Source: Candidatus Latescibacterota bacterium
GTDB taxonomy: Bacteria > Latescibacterota > UBA2968 > UBA8231
Reading direction: 5' to 3'
Assembly (NCBI GenBank): GCA_965203355.1
Contig: OZ241889.1
Location: 672,001 to 736,000, forward strand
DNA length: 64,000 nt
The stretch's first letter is position 1. Each line of letters starts with the position of its first letter. The translations under genes and the position numbers were made by a program. The notes under the pieces were generated by a model. The model worked only from the letters and a program-made list of their open reading frames with translations, searched no databases and was not told where the DNA came from. Below, piece after piece: positions 10,024 to 21,684 of this stretch.

Positions 10024-12522
10024 TCAACCCAAAGCCTTCTCATCGGACTTGCCGTTTTCCACGCATGTCTCGTCCTCGTTGTTGGGCAGCGGGGCCATGT
10101 CGATAACCCGGTCTCCTTCGTCCAGATTGATCACCCGGACTCCTTGAGTATTGCGTCCGATGGTGGATAGCCCTTGTACAGAGATGCGGATCATAATGCC
10201 GTTCTGGGTTACCACCATGACCTCCTCTTCGCCTTCGATCTCCCTGCAAGCCACTACCGGGCCGTTGCGCGGGGTGGTCTTGATGTCGATGACGCCTTGG
10301 CCACCGCGGTGCTTACAGGGGTACTCGGCCTGAAAAGTGCGCTTGCCATAGCCGTTTTCGCAGATGGTCAGCAAGGAGCTACTTTCGCGCACCACGACCA
10401 TGTCCACCACTTCGTCGTCTTGGCGCAAGCTAATGCCTTTAACGCCCGTAGAAACCCGGCCCATCGCGCGCACTTCGCTTTCGCTAAAGCGCATGGCTTG
10501 GCCATTGCGCGTCAACAGGGCAATATCCTGCTGTCCGTCGGTGACCGCTGCCCCAATCAGGTCGTCGTCGTCTTGGATCTTCAGAGCGATGATCCCGTCG
10601 CGGCGGATATTCTGGTAGGCCGAGAGCCTAGTTTTCTTGACAATGCCGTTGCGCGTAGCCGTGAACAAGTACTGATCATCGGAGAACTCTTGGACGGGCA
10701 CGATGGCGCATATTTGGTCGTCTTGACCAAGCGGCAACAGGTTGGCTATCGATCGCCCTTGGGCCGTCCGGTCGCCTTCGGGTATGCGAAAGACCTTGAG
10801 CCAGTAACACTTGCCCTTGGCCGTCAAAAACATGATGTAGGAATGGGTTGACGCCACGAAGAGGTGTTCGACAAAATCCTCTTCCTTGGTTTTCATGCCT
10901 GTCACCCCGCGGCCACCGCGGTTCTGTACTCGGTAGGACCTAGGGGGTAGGCGCTTGATATAGCCGCTGCGCGAGATGGTGACGACCATGTCTTCTTCGG
11001 CAATCAGGTCCTCAATGTCGAATTCCTCGGCTGCATAGACGATCTCAGTGCGCCGCTCGTCACCGAAGCGCTCGGCCATTTCATCAATCTCGTCCTTGAT
11101 GATCTGCATCTGCCGCGCGCGGCTGGCGAGGATGGCTCTCTGGTCCTCAATCGTCGTTAGCAGATCCTTGTACTCGGCCTCGATCTTATCGCGCTCCAAG
11201 CCCGTCAGGCGCTGCAATGGCATGCTTAGGATCGCTTGGATCTGCCGTGCGCTCAACTCGAATTGCCCGGGCACCTCCGGGCGTAGGCTAGCCAGCCGCT
11301 CTTGAGCATCGGCCGGACTCGACGAATGGCGGATGGTCTCAATCACTAGGTCAATGTGATCTAGGGCGAAGCGCAGGCCCTCTAGAATGTGCGCTCGCGC
11401 TTCAGCTTTATCCAAATCGAATTGGGTACGGCGCACGATCACCTCGTGGCGGTGGTCGATATAGTGCTGTAGCATCTGCTTGAGATTGAGCGTTTCGGGA
11501 CGGCCATTGACAATGGCCAACATCATTACCCCATAGGTAGCCTGCAACATGCTATGGCTATAGAGCTGATTGAGCACCACCTCAGCTTGGGCTTCCCTCT
11601 TGCACTCAAACACAATGCGCAGCCCCCTGCGGCCCGATTCGTCGCGAATATTGGCGAGTCCGTCAATGGTCTTATCGCGCACCAAGTCGGCGATTTTCTC
11701 TAACAGGCTGGCCTTGTTTACTAAGAAGGGGATTTCGGTGACGACGATGTTTTCGCGCCCGTTCTTGAGGGTCTCAATATCCGCCCGCGCTCTGATATAG
11801 ATCAGTCCTCGGCCCGTTGCGTAGGCCTGCTGTACCCCGCTCATGCCGTAGATGATCCCGCCGGTGGGGAAATCAGGGGCTTTGACGTGATCAAGCAGTT
11901 CGGCAATAGAAATGTCAGGACGATCAATTATCACCTTGAGGCCACTGGCGACTTCCCGCAGGTTGTGCGGCGGAATCTTGGTGGCCATGCCGACGGCAAT
12001 GCCCATGGAGCCGTTGCATATCAGGTTTGGGAACCTAGACGGAAAAACTAGCGGCTCTTGTTGCGTCTCGTCGTAGTTGCTGGCGAATTCGACGGTATTC
12101 TTGTCGAGATCCGCTAGCAGTTCCATCGCTGGCCAGCTCAACCTCGCCTCTGTGTAGCGCATGGCCGCTGGAGGGTAGCCGTCAATGGATCCGAAGTTGC
12201 CTTGGCCTTGTACCAGCGGATACCGAAAACGAAAGTTTTGCGCCATATGCACTAGGGTCGGATAGACAATGTCTTCGCCGTGCGGGTGGTAGTTGCCAGA
12301 AGTATCTCCGGCTATCTTGGCGCATTTGCGGTACCCGCGGTTGGGAAAAAGGCTTAGGTCGTTCATCGCTACCAAGATGCGGCGTTGGGATGGCTTAAGC
12401 CCATCCCGAACATCGGGCAACGCACGCGACCGTATGAAGCTCATTGAATAGTCGAGGAAGGAGGTTTTGAGTTCCTCCTCAATCTTGACCCGAATGACCC
12501 GGCTTTCTTGCTGTTCGAGCAT
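10024..12522 (-). CDS. gyrA: DNA gyrase subunit A
   Basis: RALPDVRDGLKP, YHPHG, AAMRYTE catalytic Tyr, GyrA-box QNRGGRG, beta-pinwheel repeats. Confidence 0.98.
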   Translation of the reverse strand: MLEQQESRVIRVKIEEELKTSFLDYSMSFIRSRALPDVRDGLKPSQRRILVAMNDLSLFPNRGYRKCAKIAGDTSGNYHPHGEDIVYPTLVHMAQNFRFRYPLVQGQGNFGSIDGYPPAAMRYTEARLSWPAMELLADLDKNTVEFASNYDETQQEPLVFPSRFPNLICNGSMGIAVGMATKIPPHNLREVASGLKVIIDRPDISIAELLDHVKAPDFPTGGIIYGMSGVQQAYATGRGLIYIRARADIETLKNGRENIVVTEIPFLVNKASLLEKIADLVRDKTIDGLANIRDESGRRGLRIVFECKREAQAEVVLNQLYSHSMLQATYGVMMLAIVNGRPETLNLKQMLQHYIDHRHEVIVRRTQFDLDKAEARAHILEGLRFALDHIDLVIETIRHSSSPADAQERLASLRPEVPGQFELSARQIQAILSMPLQRLTGLERDKIEAEYKDLLTTIEDQRAILASRARQMQIIKDEIDEMAERFGDERRTEIVYAAEEFDIEDLIAEEDMVVTISRSGYIKRLPPRSYRVQNRGGRGVTGMKTKEEDFVEHLFVASTHSYIMFLTAKGKCYWLKVFRIPEGDRTAQGRSIANLLPLGQDDQICAIVPVQEFSDDQYLFTATRNGIVKKTRLSAYQNIRRDGIIALKIQDDDDLIGAAVTDGQQDIALLTRNGQAMRFSESEVRAMGRVSTGVKGISLRQDDEVVDMVVVRESSSLLTICENGYGKRTFQAEYPCKHRGGQGVIDIKTTPRNGPVVACREIEGEEEVMVVTQNGIMIRISVQGLSTIGRNTQGVRVINLDEGDRVIDMAPLPNNEDETCVENGKSDEKALG

Positions 12523-12548
12523 TAATTAAATCCTAGGCTTTTGTCGTT

Positions 12549-14843
<2,295 letters not shown>

Positions 14844-14869
<26 letters not shown>

Positions 14870-15932
14870 AACAGGCTTCCTGCCTTGTATTAGGTTCTTG
14901 GGGAGTCGTCGCTACGACCTGTTCAAACTCACCCACTATGTCCAATAGTTCTCCAATCCGGCCTGAATCCAACTCTGAAAAAGCATCGTCTAAGAGCAGT
15001 ACAGGTTGCCGACCCGTTTGCTCTTCCATGTAACGGGCTTCTGCCAGCTTCCACGATATGAGTACGGTTCTTAGCTGGCCTTCAGAGGCATAGACTTCGG
15101 CCGGTTCTCCGTTTAACGTGAATCTCAAATCATCGCGGTGCGGTCCACAGAGAGTATAGCCCATCTGGGTTTCCTGTTCCCTGCGGCGACTGAGTGCCTC
15201 GCGCAACTCGGCTCCAAGAGCCTCCAAGTCCTGTTCCTTGGCACCTTGATAGACAATAGCTGCCTCTTCACCAGCTAAGGCGAGGCGACCGTAATAGCGG
15301 AGAAAGGGCAATTTCAACCTATCCAGGGCCGCTAGGCGATACAGGCGAAGTTGGGCACCCAAATCCACTAGCTGGGCATCCCATGGTTCCATTATTTGAC
15401 CATTGATAAGCTCATGCCCCGCCTTCTTCGCAGTGCGCAATAAGTGGTTTCTCTGAGCTAAGACGCGGTAATAGCGCTGCATGTAGCGCAAGTACGCTGT
15501 GCTAGACTGCGCGATAAGTATGTCGAGGAGCCGCCTTCGCGGGGCGGGGAAACGCAACACCAGCGATACGTCTTCAGGAGAAAAGTGAACGGTACATAAG
15601 GTGCCCAGTAACTCCGAGACGCGAGGCAAGGGAGTGGCATCGATAAATGCCTTCTTGCCTCCCTTTTTACTGTAAAAGACGCGTACTTGCTGGTCGTGGC
15701 GGCCATCACTACACAAGGCTCGGATATCAAAGAAGTCTTCGCCATGTGGCACGACGTGTTGATCCTTGGCCCCGCGCACTGACTTACCGATAGATAAGTA
15801 GGAAATCGCTTCTAGAATATTGCTTTTACCGCGGCCGTTTGGGCCAAAAATCAGCACGCGATCTGCGGCAAAGCCCAAGTGAATCGCGGCAAAATTGCGG
15901 AAGGGTCTCAGAGTTAATTCGCGGATCCGCAC
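14844..15932 (-). CDS. recF: DNA replication/repair protein RecF
   Basis: FRNF, GPNGRGKSN Walker A, GPHRDD, SEGQ, LLLDD. Confidence 0.95.
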
Positions 15933-15946
15933 TACTACTGCTTACC

Positions 15947-17092
15947 TCATCCTGTTGGCCGCAAGGGCATTAGCAAGCAGAAGTAATCCTCCCCTTCCTT
16001 TTGTTCCACCGGTCGCAATAAGGCTGCAGTGACGTGGTCGTTGAGTTGGAAACGGACCTCGGACGTTTCCATCTTGCGCAGGATTTCCATCAGATATTGG
16101 GCATTGTAGCCAACCTCTAGCTCTTCAGCAGCATATTGGGCTGGTACGCTTTCCCTCGCTTCGCCACCGATTTCGGGGCTGGTGGCCGACAGTTCAACCT
16201 GGCCACTATTCAACTTAAAACGCACTTGGCGCGTATAAGAGCTGGAGAGTATGGATACCCGGCGTACGGCCGGCAGCAGGTCTTCGCTAGCTATTCTTAG
16301 CTCTTTTGTGTTGTTTTGCGGAATGACTTGGGCATAGTTGACATACGGTCCCTCAATCAGGCGCGACAGCAAATGCGTATGTCCTATATCAAACAGGATC
16401 TGGGTCTCGCCTAGCGTGACGTTGACTGACCCCTTATGGCTACCTAGCAACTTGACGATCTGGTTCAACACTTGGGGAGGTACGATGACCGCGGTCTCTT
16501 GGTCGCCCTGTACCTGCTCCTGCAAATCTATGGCTAATCTGTAACAAGCTAAGCGCGACCCGTCGGTAGCCACCATCTCCATTCCCTGCCCATCAATGCG
16601 CCAGAGCACCCCATTGAACACAGGCCGCGTATCATCGCCGGAAACGGCAAAGGCCGTCTTGTTGATCATATCTACCAGAACATCTCCCAGACTCAGGCTT
16701 ACGCCGTCGAGGGTTGTCGGCATAGGAGGAAACTCGTCAGCCTCTATTCCCGACAAGCTATACGCTCCTTCGCTGCTTTCAGCGTCCCCGAGCCGTCCTG
16801 AGAGCTTGAGGCGCTCGTCCTGCACCTCAATACTCACTTCCGTATCGGGCCATTCTCGAATGATTTCTGCCAGTTTGCGCCCCGAAACAGTCGTCCTCCC
16901 ATTCTCCTCCACTACAGCAGGGACTTGAGTCCGGATGGACAAGTCTAAATCCGTCGCCGATAGAGAGAGGATTTTCTCATCGGCCTCAAGCAGGATATTA
17001 GCCAACACTGGTAGGGAGGGTTTTGATGACACAGCTTCTAACACAGTATCAATGCCCCGCCATAATTCACTGCGATCCACTCTTAACTTCAT
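15947..17092 (-). CDS. dnaN: DNA polymerase III beta sliding clamp
   Basis: ATDLD, VATDGSRL, SRLIEGPY, LLMPLR; synteny with dnaA and recF. Confidence 0.97.
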   Translation of the reverse strand: MKLRVDRSELWRGIDTVLEAVSSKPSLPVLANILLEADEKILSLSATDLDLSIRTQVPAVVEENGRTTVSGRKLAEIIREWPDTEVSIEVQDERLKLSGRLGDAESSEGAYSLSGIEADEFPPMPTTLDGVSLSLGDVLVDMINKTAFAVSGDDTRPVFNGVLWRIDGQGMEMVATDGSRLACYRLAIDLQEQVQGDQETAVIVPPQVLNQIVKLLGSHKGSVNVTLGETQILFDIGHTHLLSRLIEGPYVNYAQVIPQNNTKELRIASEDLLPAVRRVSILSSSYTRQVRFKLNSGQVELSATSPEIGGEARESVPAQYAAEELEVGYNAQYLMEILRKMETSEVRFQLNDHVTAALLRPVEQKEGEDYFCLLMPLRPTG

Positions 17093-17199
17093 ATCGGAGA
17101 ATCCTTCTGAAATCCTTTTTTTAGGGGTTAGTTTGTTCCAGTCTTCCGACGGTGGTGGCGTGCTCGTTTTAGTCTGGCCGATAGCCCCTAAAATTCTCG

Positions 17200-17685
17200 T
17201 AAGTTAAAAAATTAAGAAATAAACTTAGCTTTTATCCCTACTGACGTCAAGTTAAATTCTATAATATAGGGTCCCATTTTTCAACAGAATAGAAAATTGA
17301 ATTGAACATATGAGTAGGTGTGTAAAAAAGTGTGTAGAATCAAAAGTCACAATCCACACCCATACTTCTAATAGGACTATACTTTTTGTGTTATTTTGTT
17401 TTCTGAGGTTATAGTTATGGTGTGGATATGTGGACAACTCTATTAAGAAGCTGTCCGTAAAGAATAAAAGGTATTGTTAATAAGATACTTATATAACCAT
17501 GTTAATAACTTGCCAACAGGAGTTTGTCTGTGGATTGTGAAGTGGAAAACTCTGGTTTTTCACACGCAAGGGGCCAAAAACGACGATTTTCTTCTTTTGA
17601 CAAACTTATCCACACCAATCAATACTTGGTTGGGGATAGATGTTGATAGTTTTCCACTGACAAATAGGCACTAATAAAGATGGGG
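17200..17685. other. oriC: Replication origin oriC (dnaA-dnaN intergenic)
   Basis: AT-rich. DnaA boxes: perfect TTATCCACA 17606-17614; TTTTTCACA 17556-17564; minus-strand TTTTACACA 17319-17327, TTCTACACA 17331-17339, ATATCCACA 17421-17429, TTGTCCACA 17429-17437; further degenerate boxes. Confidence 0.9.
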
Positions 17686-19083
17686 CTAGCGGCCTTGCCT
17701 ACGGATGGTATCCAACAAAGCCTCAACTAGTCTAGCAAAGGCGGGATCGTTTTCATACCGCTTCTTAACAGTGTTTACAGCGTGGATGACCGTGCTGTGG
17801 TCGCGACTCCCGAAGTGCAAGCCGATGGTAGTGAAGTGACTGCCGAGGAGAGTCCTGATCAAATACATGGCAATGTGCCGTGCCGTTGCCACGTCTTGCT
17901 TGCGTCCTTTACCAATGAGTTGATCACGAGTCAAATTAAAGTGGTCGGCGACCTGCTGTTGGATCGCCTCAATGCTCACTTCCGAAGGGCTGGGACCCAA
18001 TTCATCTAAAATGTGCTTGGCCGCCCCGAGGTCGAGTTCCTTCTTGTGGATTGAGCAGTAGGCCATCAAGCTAATCAACGTACCTTCGAGTTCGCGGACA
18101 TTCGACCGAATATGGTTGCCCAACAAAGCGGCCACATCGTGGGGAATCCGTATGCCGTTGCGCTCGGCCTTCTTGTGGAGGATGGCAATTCGAGTCTCAA
18201 GTTCAGGCGGGTTTATTGCGGTGGCTAAACCCCATATGAAGCGAGATTTTAACCGTTCTTCTAACCCATCAAGATGACCTGGGGGACTGTCGCAGGTCAT
18301 GACAATCTGCTTCTCGGACTGGTGCAAGGCATTAAAGGTGTGAAAAAATTCGTTTTGGGTCCGTTCGCCGTGAAGCAGAAACTGGATGTCGTCGACAAGG
18401 AGGATATCCGCGCTGCGGTAGAAATTCTTAAACTCACTCGTCTTATCGCGCCCTTGAGCAAGTGCTTGGACAAAATCGCCCATAAATTTTTCCGAGGTGA
18501 CGTAAACGACCTTCTCAGCGAGGTTGAGGCTATGAGCGCGATGCCCAATCGCTTGGAGCAGATGCGTTTTACCTAGCCCAGCATCACCATAAATAACGAG
18601 GGGATTAAATTCCGTCCTACCTGGGGCATTGGCTACGGCTAAGGCTGTCGCTAGGGCAATTTGATTGCTATCACCAATGATGAATTCTTCAAAGGTATAG
18701 CGCTTGTTGAGCGATTGGGCAGGAGCTGCTTCTATTTCTTTTTGTTCGTCTTCTGTGGGATCTCTTTTGTTTGCAGATACCTCCGGCTCAACAGGTCGCA
18801 CTCGATCGACAACAGATTGAGGGGCTTGTGTAACTACAAAGGAGATATCGGGAGTCAGTGCTGTCTCTTCCCACACTACGGACTGGATCATCTGCAAGTA
18901 GTGTTCTTCTATCCAAGCGGCTGAAAATGCGCTGGGGACTTGGATGACCAATGAGTCTTGGTCGAAATGACTCACTGAAGTCTGCTTAAACCAATTAGTA
19001 AAACTTTGAGGACGAACTTGACGCTCTATGTTGAGCAGACATTGGGCCCAGAGTTCTTGGGGATCTTGTATTTCCAGTGCCAT
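17686..19083 (-). CDS. dnaA: Chromosomal replication initiator DnaA
   Basis: FNPLVIYGDAGLGKTHLL, LLVDDIQF, EFFHTFN, NVRELEG, RDHSTVIHA. Confidence 0.98.
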   Translation of the reverse strand: MALEIQDPQELWAQCLLNIERQVRPQSFTNWFKQTSVSHFDQDSLVIQVPSAFSAAWIEEHYLQMIQSVVWEETALTPDISFVVTQAPQSVVDRVRPVEPEVSANKRDPTEDEQKEIEAAPAQSLNKRYTFEEFIIGDSNQIALATALAVANAPGRTEFNPLVIYGDAGLGKTHLLQAIGHRAHSLNLAEKVVYVTSEKFMGDFVQALAQGRDKTSEFKNFYRSADILLVDDIQFLLHGERTQNEFFHTFNALHQSEKQIVMTCDSPPGHLDGLEERLKSRFIWGLATAINPPELETRIAILHKKAERNGIRIPHDVAALLGNHIRSNVRELEGTLISLMAYCSIHKKELDLGAAKHILDELGPSPSEVSIEAIQQQVADHFNLTRDQLIGKGRKQDVATARHIAMYLIRTLLGSHFTTIGLHFGSRDHSTVIHAVNTVKKRYENDPAFARLVEALLDTIRRQGR

Positions 19084-19128
19084 TTATTAAACGAAGAACG
19101 AAGATCGCAGTCTTTAAGGGGGATTTTC

Positions 19129-19157
19129 AACCTATGAAGAAGGCATACATCAGTCAA
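19129..19157 (-). promoter_or_regulatory. Putative sigma70 promoter of dnaA
   Basis: TTGACT-N17-TAGGTT on the minus strand. Confidence 0.4.
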
Positions 19158-19291
19158 GAGTTTCCCGCGAAGTTTCATTGAGTCCGTTAGCGTTCAACGA
19201 GTTGAAAGTATTGACACTTATGAAATAGCCACTAAATTAAAATGTTTATGCGTATTCTGCACGTAAACCAACGCGAGGTGAGAATTTTATT

Positions 19292-19426
19292 TTGAAACGT
19301 ACATTTCAGCCTAGCAACAGACGCCGCCGCAATAAGCACGGTTTTCGCAAGCGGATGAGTACGCCGGCCGGTCGCAACATCATCAATCGTCGCCGGAGAA
19401 AGGGCCGCAAGAAGCTAGCTATCTAG
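19292..19426 (+). CDS. rpmH: 50S ribosomal protein L34 (not in the ORF track)
   Basis: TTG start after GAGGTG; translates [44 protein letters not shown]. Confidence 0.97.
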   Translation: MKRTFQPSNRRRRNKHGFRKRMSTPAGRNIINRRRRKGRKKLAI

Positions 19427-19429
19427 TGC

Positions 19430-19702
19430 TTGATGAATTGGATTAGAGGCCGCTTTTTTTGGATCCGCTGCGGTCGAGAAGATCGCGGTCAAATTTTTGT
19501 CGTCCGACGCAAGTTGGGCAATGCTGTAAAGCGCAATCGGCTCAAGCGGTGCCTGCGCAGTATTTGCCGCAGTCGCCCGTACTTTCCTTGTGATCTAGTC
19601 GTTTTCTGCCAACCGTTAGCCATTGAAGCTCCCTTTGCTGACCTAGAAAGGGAACTGGACTCCTTGGTGGCTAAAATACCTATTTTTCTTGCCCCACAAT
19701 GA
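19430..19702 (+). CDS. rnpA: Ribonuclease P protein component, unusually short at the N-terminus
   Basis: RNR motif [13 protein letters not shown]; position between rpmH and yidD. Confidence 0.85.
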   Translation: MMNWIRGRFFWIRCGREDRGQIFVVRRKLGNAVKRNRLKRCLRSICRSRPYFPCDLVVFCQPLAIEAPFADLERELDSLVAKIPIFLAPQ

Positions 19703-19908
19703 AGCGAATCGCCATTTTAGTCGTCCGCGCCTACCGTCTTCTCTTGTCTCCATATCTTCCCCCGTCCTGTCGTTATCTACCAACTTGTTCCCAATATGCC
19801 GAAGAAGCACTGGATAAGTACGGACCATTCAAGGGCGGAATGCTTGCGCTCAAGCGGATTGGTCGATGCCATCCTTGGGGAGGGCATGGATACGATCCTT
19901 TGCGCTAG
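19699..19908 (+). CDS. yidD: Membrane protein insertion efficiency factor YidD
   Basis: [10 protein letters not shown]...[12 protein letters not shown]. Confidence 0.95.
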   Translation: MKRIAILVVRAYRLLLSPYLPPSCRYLPTCSQYAEEALDKYGPFKGGMLALKRIGRCHPWGGHGYDPLR

Positions 19909-19952
19909 AATATGTTCATAACGCGTTGTTTATAAAATGGTAAGTAAAACCT

Positions 19953-21662
19953 ATGGAAGATAAGCGGACCCTGTTGGCCTTTCTCTTTATCGGCCTGATT
20001 TTCCTCTTGCTTCCCTATTATAATGAATGGCTAGGGCTAAATCCTCAGCCCCAGCCTCCGTCTCAGGAAGCCGTGCCGCAAAAGCCGGTGTCTGAACCTG
20101 TTGCTGACGAGCAATCTGAGGCCGAGCGCATACAAGATCCTAAGTATGCGGAACAACTCCATTCAGAAGAGCCATCCCCCGTTGTTCAGTCTCAGGCCAT
20201 TGAAAGAGTCGAATCGGCCGAGAATCCGTCTTTTACTCCGAAAGAAATCGCAGTACAAACTCCGCTCCAGAGTTTTGTTGTCTCCACAAAGGGCGGTACT
20301 ATTACGTCATGTAAACTCTTAAAATACAGGTACGTAGATGGAAGTATTGTCGAACTGCTACCTCCAACTGGCCGCGGCTTAGGAGTTCATCTACAACGAG
20401 CGAACTACAGGGAGGATATCTCCTCGGCGGAGTTTATTCCCAACCAATCGAGTCTGCAGGTTGGACCCGGGGAAGAGCAATCTCTAATCATGGTAGCCCA
20501 ACTCGGTGGCGGCAGAAGACTGGAAAAGGTCTTGACCTTTAATGGGGACCGCTATGGATTCGATCTCCAGCTACGCTACGAAGGCTTTGACGACGATACC
20601 GAAGCCATAATCACTTGGGAAAACGGCATAGCGTTTACCGAGCGTGAGCCGGAAATTGACCTACCTGAAATGCGGGCTTTTGCCTATATCAACGAAGAGC
20701 GGGTCGAACTCAAGGTGGATGGTGGAGAATCGGACGAATTAGAGGACAAAGGGTTGCTAAAATGGGCGGGTATTCGCAACAAGTACTTCTTGATTTCCTG
20801 CGTCCCTTCCGATAGAGAGCAGCGTTCTCTCGTCGTCTTACAGGGCAACCACCAAGAGGGGAATTTGCTGCCTAACTATTCTTTTCAGATAGGTCGTCGG
20901 CTTGAACGCTCTGGCTCTTGGCACAACACCATTTATCTGGGTCCACTCAACTACGACGAGCTTGTCGGCTATGAAGCTGAACTGGAGCAGGCTATTGATT
21001 TCGGATGGCCGATTGTAAGTCAGATAAGCCGCTTTCTACTCATTCTATTTATAGCCACCCATCAATACATCCCCAACTATGGTTGGATCATCGTCCTTTT
21101 CGCCGTTGTCATTAAAATTATCGTCTATCCACTTACCCACAAAACCTATGAGTCCGCGGCGAAAATGCAGGAGCTTCAGCCGAAAATTACGGCACTGCGC
21201 GAGAAGTACAAGAACGACAACCAACGCCTAAGTCGAGAGACTATGAAGCTCTATAAGGAAGAAGGGGTCAATCCTCTTGGAGGGTGTCTGCCTCTCTTGT
21301 TGCAGATGCCCATTTTTATTGCACTCTACAATCTTTTTGGCAAAACAATCGAGTTGCGTCAAGCCCCCTTTATTCTCTGGATCCAAGACCTTTCCCTTCC
21401 CGATGAATTGCTTGTTGGTGGTTTTGGCATTCATATTCTGCCATTGTTAATGGCGGTCTCCATGCTCATCCAACAGAAGATGACTATGAAGGACCCTAAG
21501 CAGGCCGTTCTGGTTTACATGATGCCGGTTCTGATGATCTTTATCTTTTGGAGCATGTCGTCGGGATTAGTGCTCTACTGGACTATCTTCAATGTCCTGA
21601 CCATCGGCCAACAGCTATTGGTCAATCATTTTAAGAAGGAAGCCACTCCTTCCAGCACTTGA
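19953..21662 (+). CDS. yidC: Membrane protein insertase YidC
   Basis: IDFGW, NYGWII, GVNPLGGCLPLLLQMP, WIQDLSLPD, GLVLYW. Confidence 0.97.
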   Translation: MEDKRTLLAFLFIGLIFLLLPYYNEWLGLNPQPQPPSQEAVPQKPVSEPVADEQSEAERIQDPKYAEQLHSEEPSPVVQSQAIERVESAENPSFTPKEIAVQTPLQSFVVSTKGGTITSCKLLKYRYVDGSIVELLPPTGRGLGVHLQRANYREDISSAEFIPNQSSLQVGPGEEQSLIMVAQLGGGRRLEKVLTFNGDRYGFDLQLRYEGFDDDTEAIITWENGIAFTEREPEIDLPEMRAFAYINEERVELKVDGGESDELEDKGLLKWAGIRNKYFLISCVPSDREQRSLVVLQGNHQEGNLLPNYSFQIGRRLERSGSWHNTIYLGPLNYDELVGYEAELEQAIDFGWPIVSQISRFLLILFIATHQYIPNYGWIIVLFAVVIKIIVYPLTHKTYESAAKMQELQPKITALREKYKNDNQRLSRETMKLYKEEGVNPLGGCLPLLLQMPIFIALYNLFGKTIELRQAPFILWIQDLSLPDELLVGGFGIHILPLLMAVSMLIQQKMTMKDPKQAVLVYMMPVLMIFIFWSMSSGLVLYWTIFNVLTIGQQLLVNHFKKEATPSST

Positions 21663-21684
21663 AACTTCAGCCGGACCGCGGACC

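Noticed and set aside
17252-17674. Small ORFs in the dnaA-dnaN gap
   Set aside because: They lie across the DnaA boxes of oriC; spurious.
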